In this document: positions 63,171 through 64,000 of the stretch, piece by piece
Layout of the letters: every line of letters begins with the position of its first letter
Position numbering within the stretch: the first letter of the stretch is position 1
NCBI RefSeq assembly: GCF_035084215.1
Contig: NC_090343.1
Coordinates: 31,434,001 to 31,498,000, forward strand
From: Heptranchias perlo
Taxonomy: Eukaryota
Length of the DNA stretch: 64,000 nt
Reading direction: 5' to 3'
Made by a program: the position numbers and the translations under genes
The notes under the pieces: generated by a model
Told to the model about the DNA's origin: nothing
What the model saw: only the letters and a program-made list of their open reading frames with translations
The model's database searches: none

Positions 63171-64000
63171 TCTGTGTCCTTGCTCCTTGCTCCAGCAAAA
63201 GCCATTGTGCAATGGCCCTTTAAATCCAGATGCTCCAACTGACAGCAGGTCATGCGGGTGCGCAGTCCGCCCGCTGCGCAGCTTTCGGATGGCAAACCCA
63301 GAAACAACGTGAAGGGGCACCAATTAAGTCGCGATCATGTGGGGAATGGTAAGATTTTATGATTCGAGTTACCCGCGGGTCCATTGACCCCCCCCCCCCC
63401 CCCCCCCCGCTGCCACCCCGCTGGCATTTTTAAATTGTGCCCATTGTGCCTTCATTATTTGTATCTTTCTTCAACCTTTTGTGTACTTTTGCTTTTTTTC
63501 CTTCCAATATGAGTGAAGGAGTGTTACAGCTTAAACAGGACATCCGTATCCCATTGCACTTTTAGTATCATTATTTGCTGTCCCATCTGACAGAGTTATA
63601 TTCAGAGACATGACTCAATTATCAGCTTTATTGGAGGTGGGGGTGGCTTCTGTCAGCTTTTTAGAAGCCGTTGGCCAGCTTTTGCTAGTTTACTAGATTT
63701 CCATGTGTAATAAATATTTAGAAACTAAATGAAGTACTGAAGCCTTAGGAATATTTTTACAATTCAGTTTTTATTTCCCTTTGAATTTTAGTTATAGTAT
63801 TCCATTCCCTCTACTCCCCCTGTTATAATGAATGGAATGTCCCTCAGCCTGACTGTAATCTATGTGCTGGTAAGGAACGAACCCTTTTCTCAAAACCTGG
63901 GTCAGAATTCTGATGTTGTAAAAGTACAAATTTCTTTCTGCATCAAGCTTTTGTGATCTAAAATGGCTGGTGCCTGTTGCTGCTTTGGGTTCCTGCAAAG

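Larger units (their letters stand above)
59450..63442. mobile_element. PIF/Harbinger DNA transposon, structurally complete but inactivated
   Basis: TIR GGGCATGATTTTAAAA / TTTTTAAATTGTGCCC with flanks ACT/ATT. Convergent transposase (+) and Myb/SANT (-) genes. Confidence 0.92.

Noticed and set aside
63792-64000. Possible host exon on the minus strand (TTTGCAG acceptor, 68-aa ORF)
   Set aside because: It is cut by the window edge and shows no recognisable protein similarity, so it cannot be supported.
1-64000. LINE strand bias implying an intron of a large host gene
   Set aside because: Minus-strand copies are only modestly more frequent, and the longest CR1 and L2 copies are on the plus strand. 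There are too few to conclude.

Overview
Repeat-dense vertebrate genomic DNA, most likely from a cartilaginous fish (shark). The inference rests on HER1-type CR1 LINEs, SacSINE1/DeuSINE-like SINEs and shark-type Penelope fragments. No intact host protein-coding gene could be identified, and nearly every long ORF belongs to a decayed transposable element. The window holds: two PIF/Harbinger DNA transposons (a complete but dead 4-kb two-gene copy at 59450-63442 and a doubly deleted 2-kb copy at 908-2961); many Harbinger-like MITEs; about 14 classic CR1 fragments; an L2; Penelope-like elements carrying hammerhead-ribozyme motifs; and four copies of a second CR1/Jockey-group LINE. The most unusual observation is the near-complete copy of that second LINE (5185-8415, minus strand). 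It has no ORF1, starts with a tRNA-like A/B-box head directly upstream of the endonuclease-RT ORF, and has few sense-strand T4 runs, so it is a candidate tRNA-headed (possibly Pol III-driven) autonomous LINE. Also notable are a 97-bp locally templated insertion with a target-site duplication, a CR1 with a tandem double 3' UTR, and several nested insertions. All calls were made by eye; family names need database confirmation and element boundaries are approximate.
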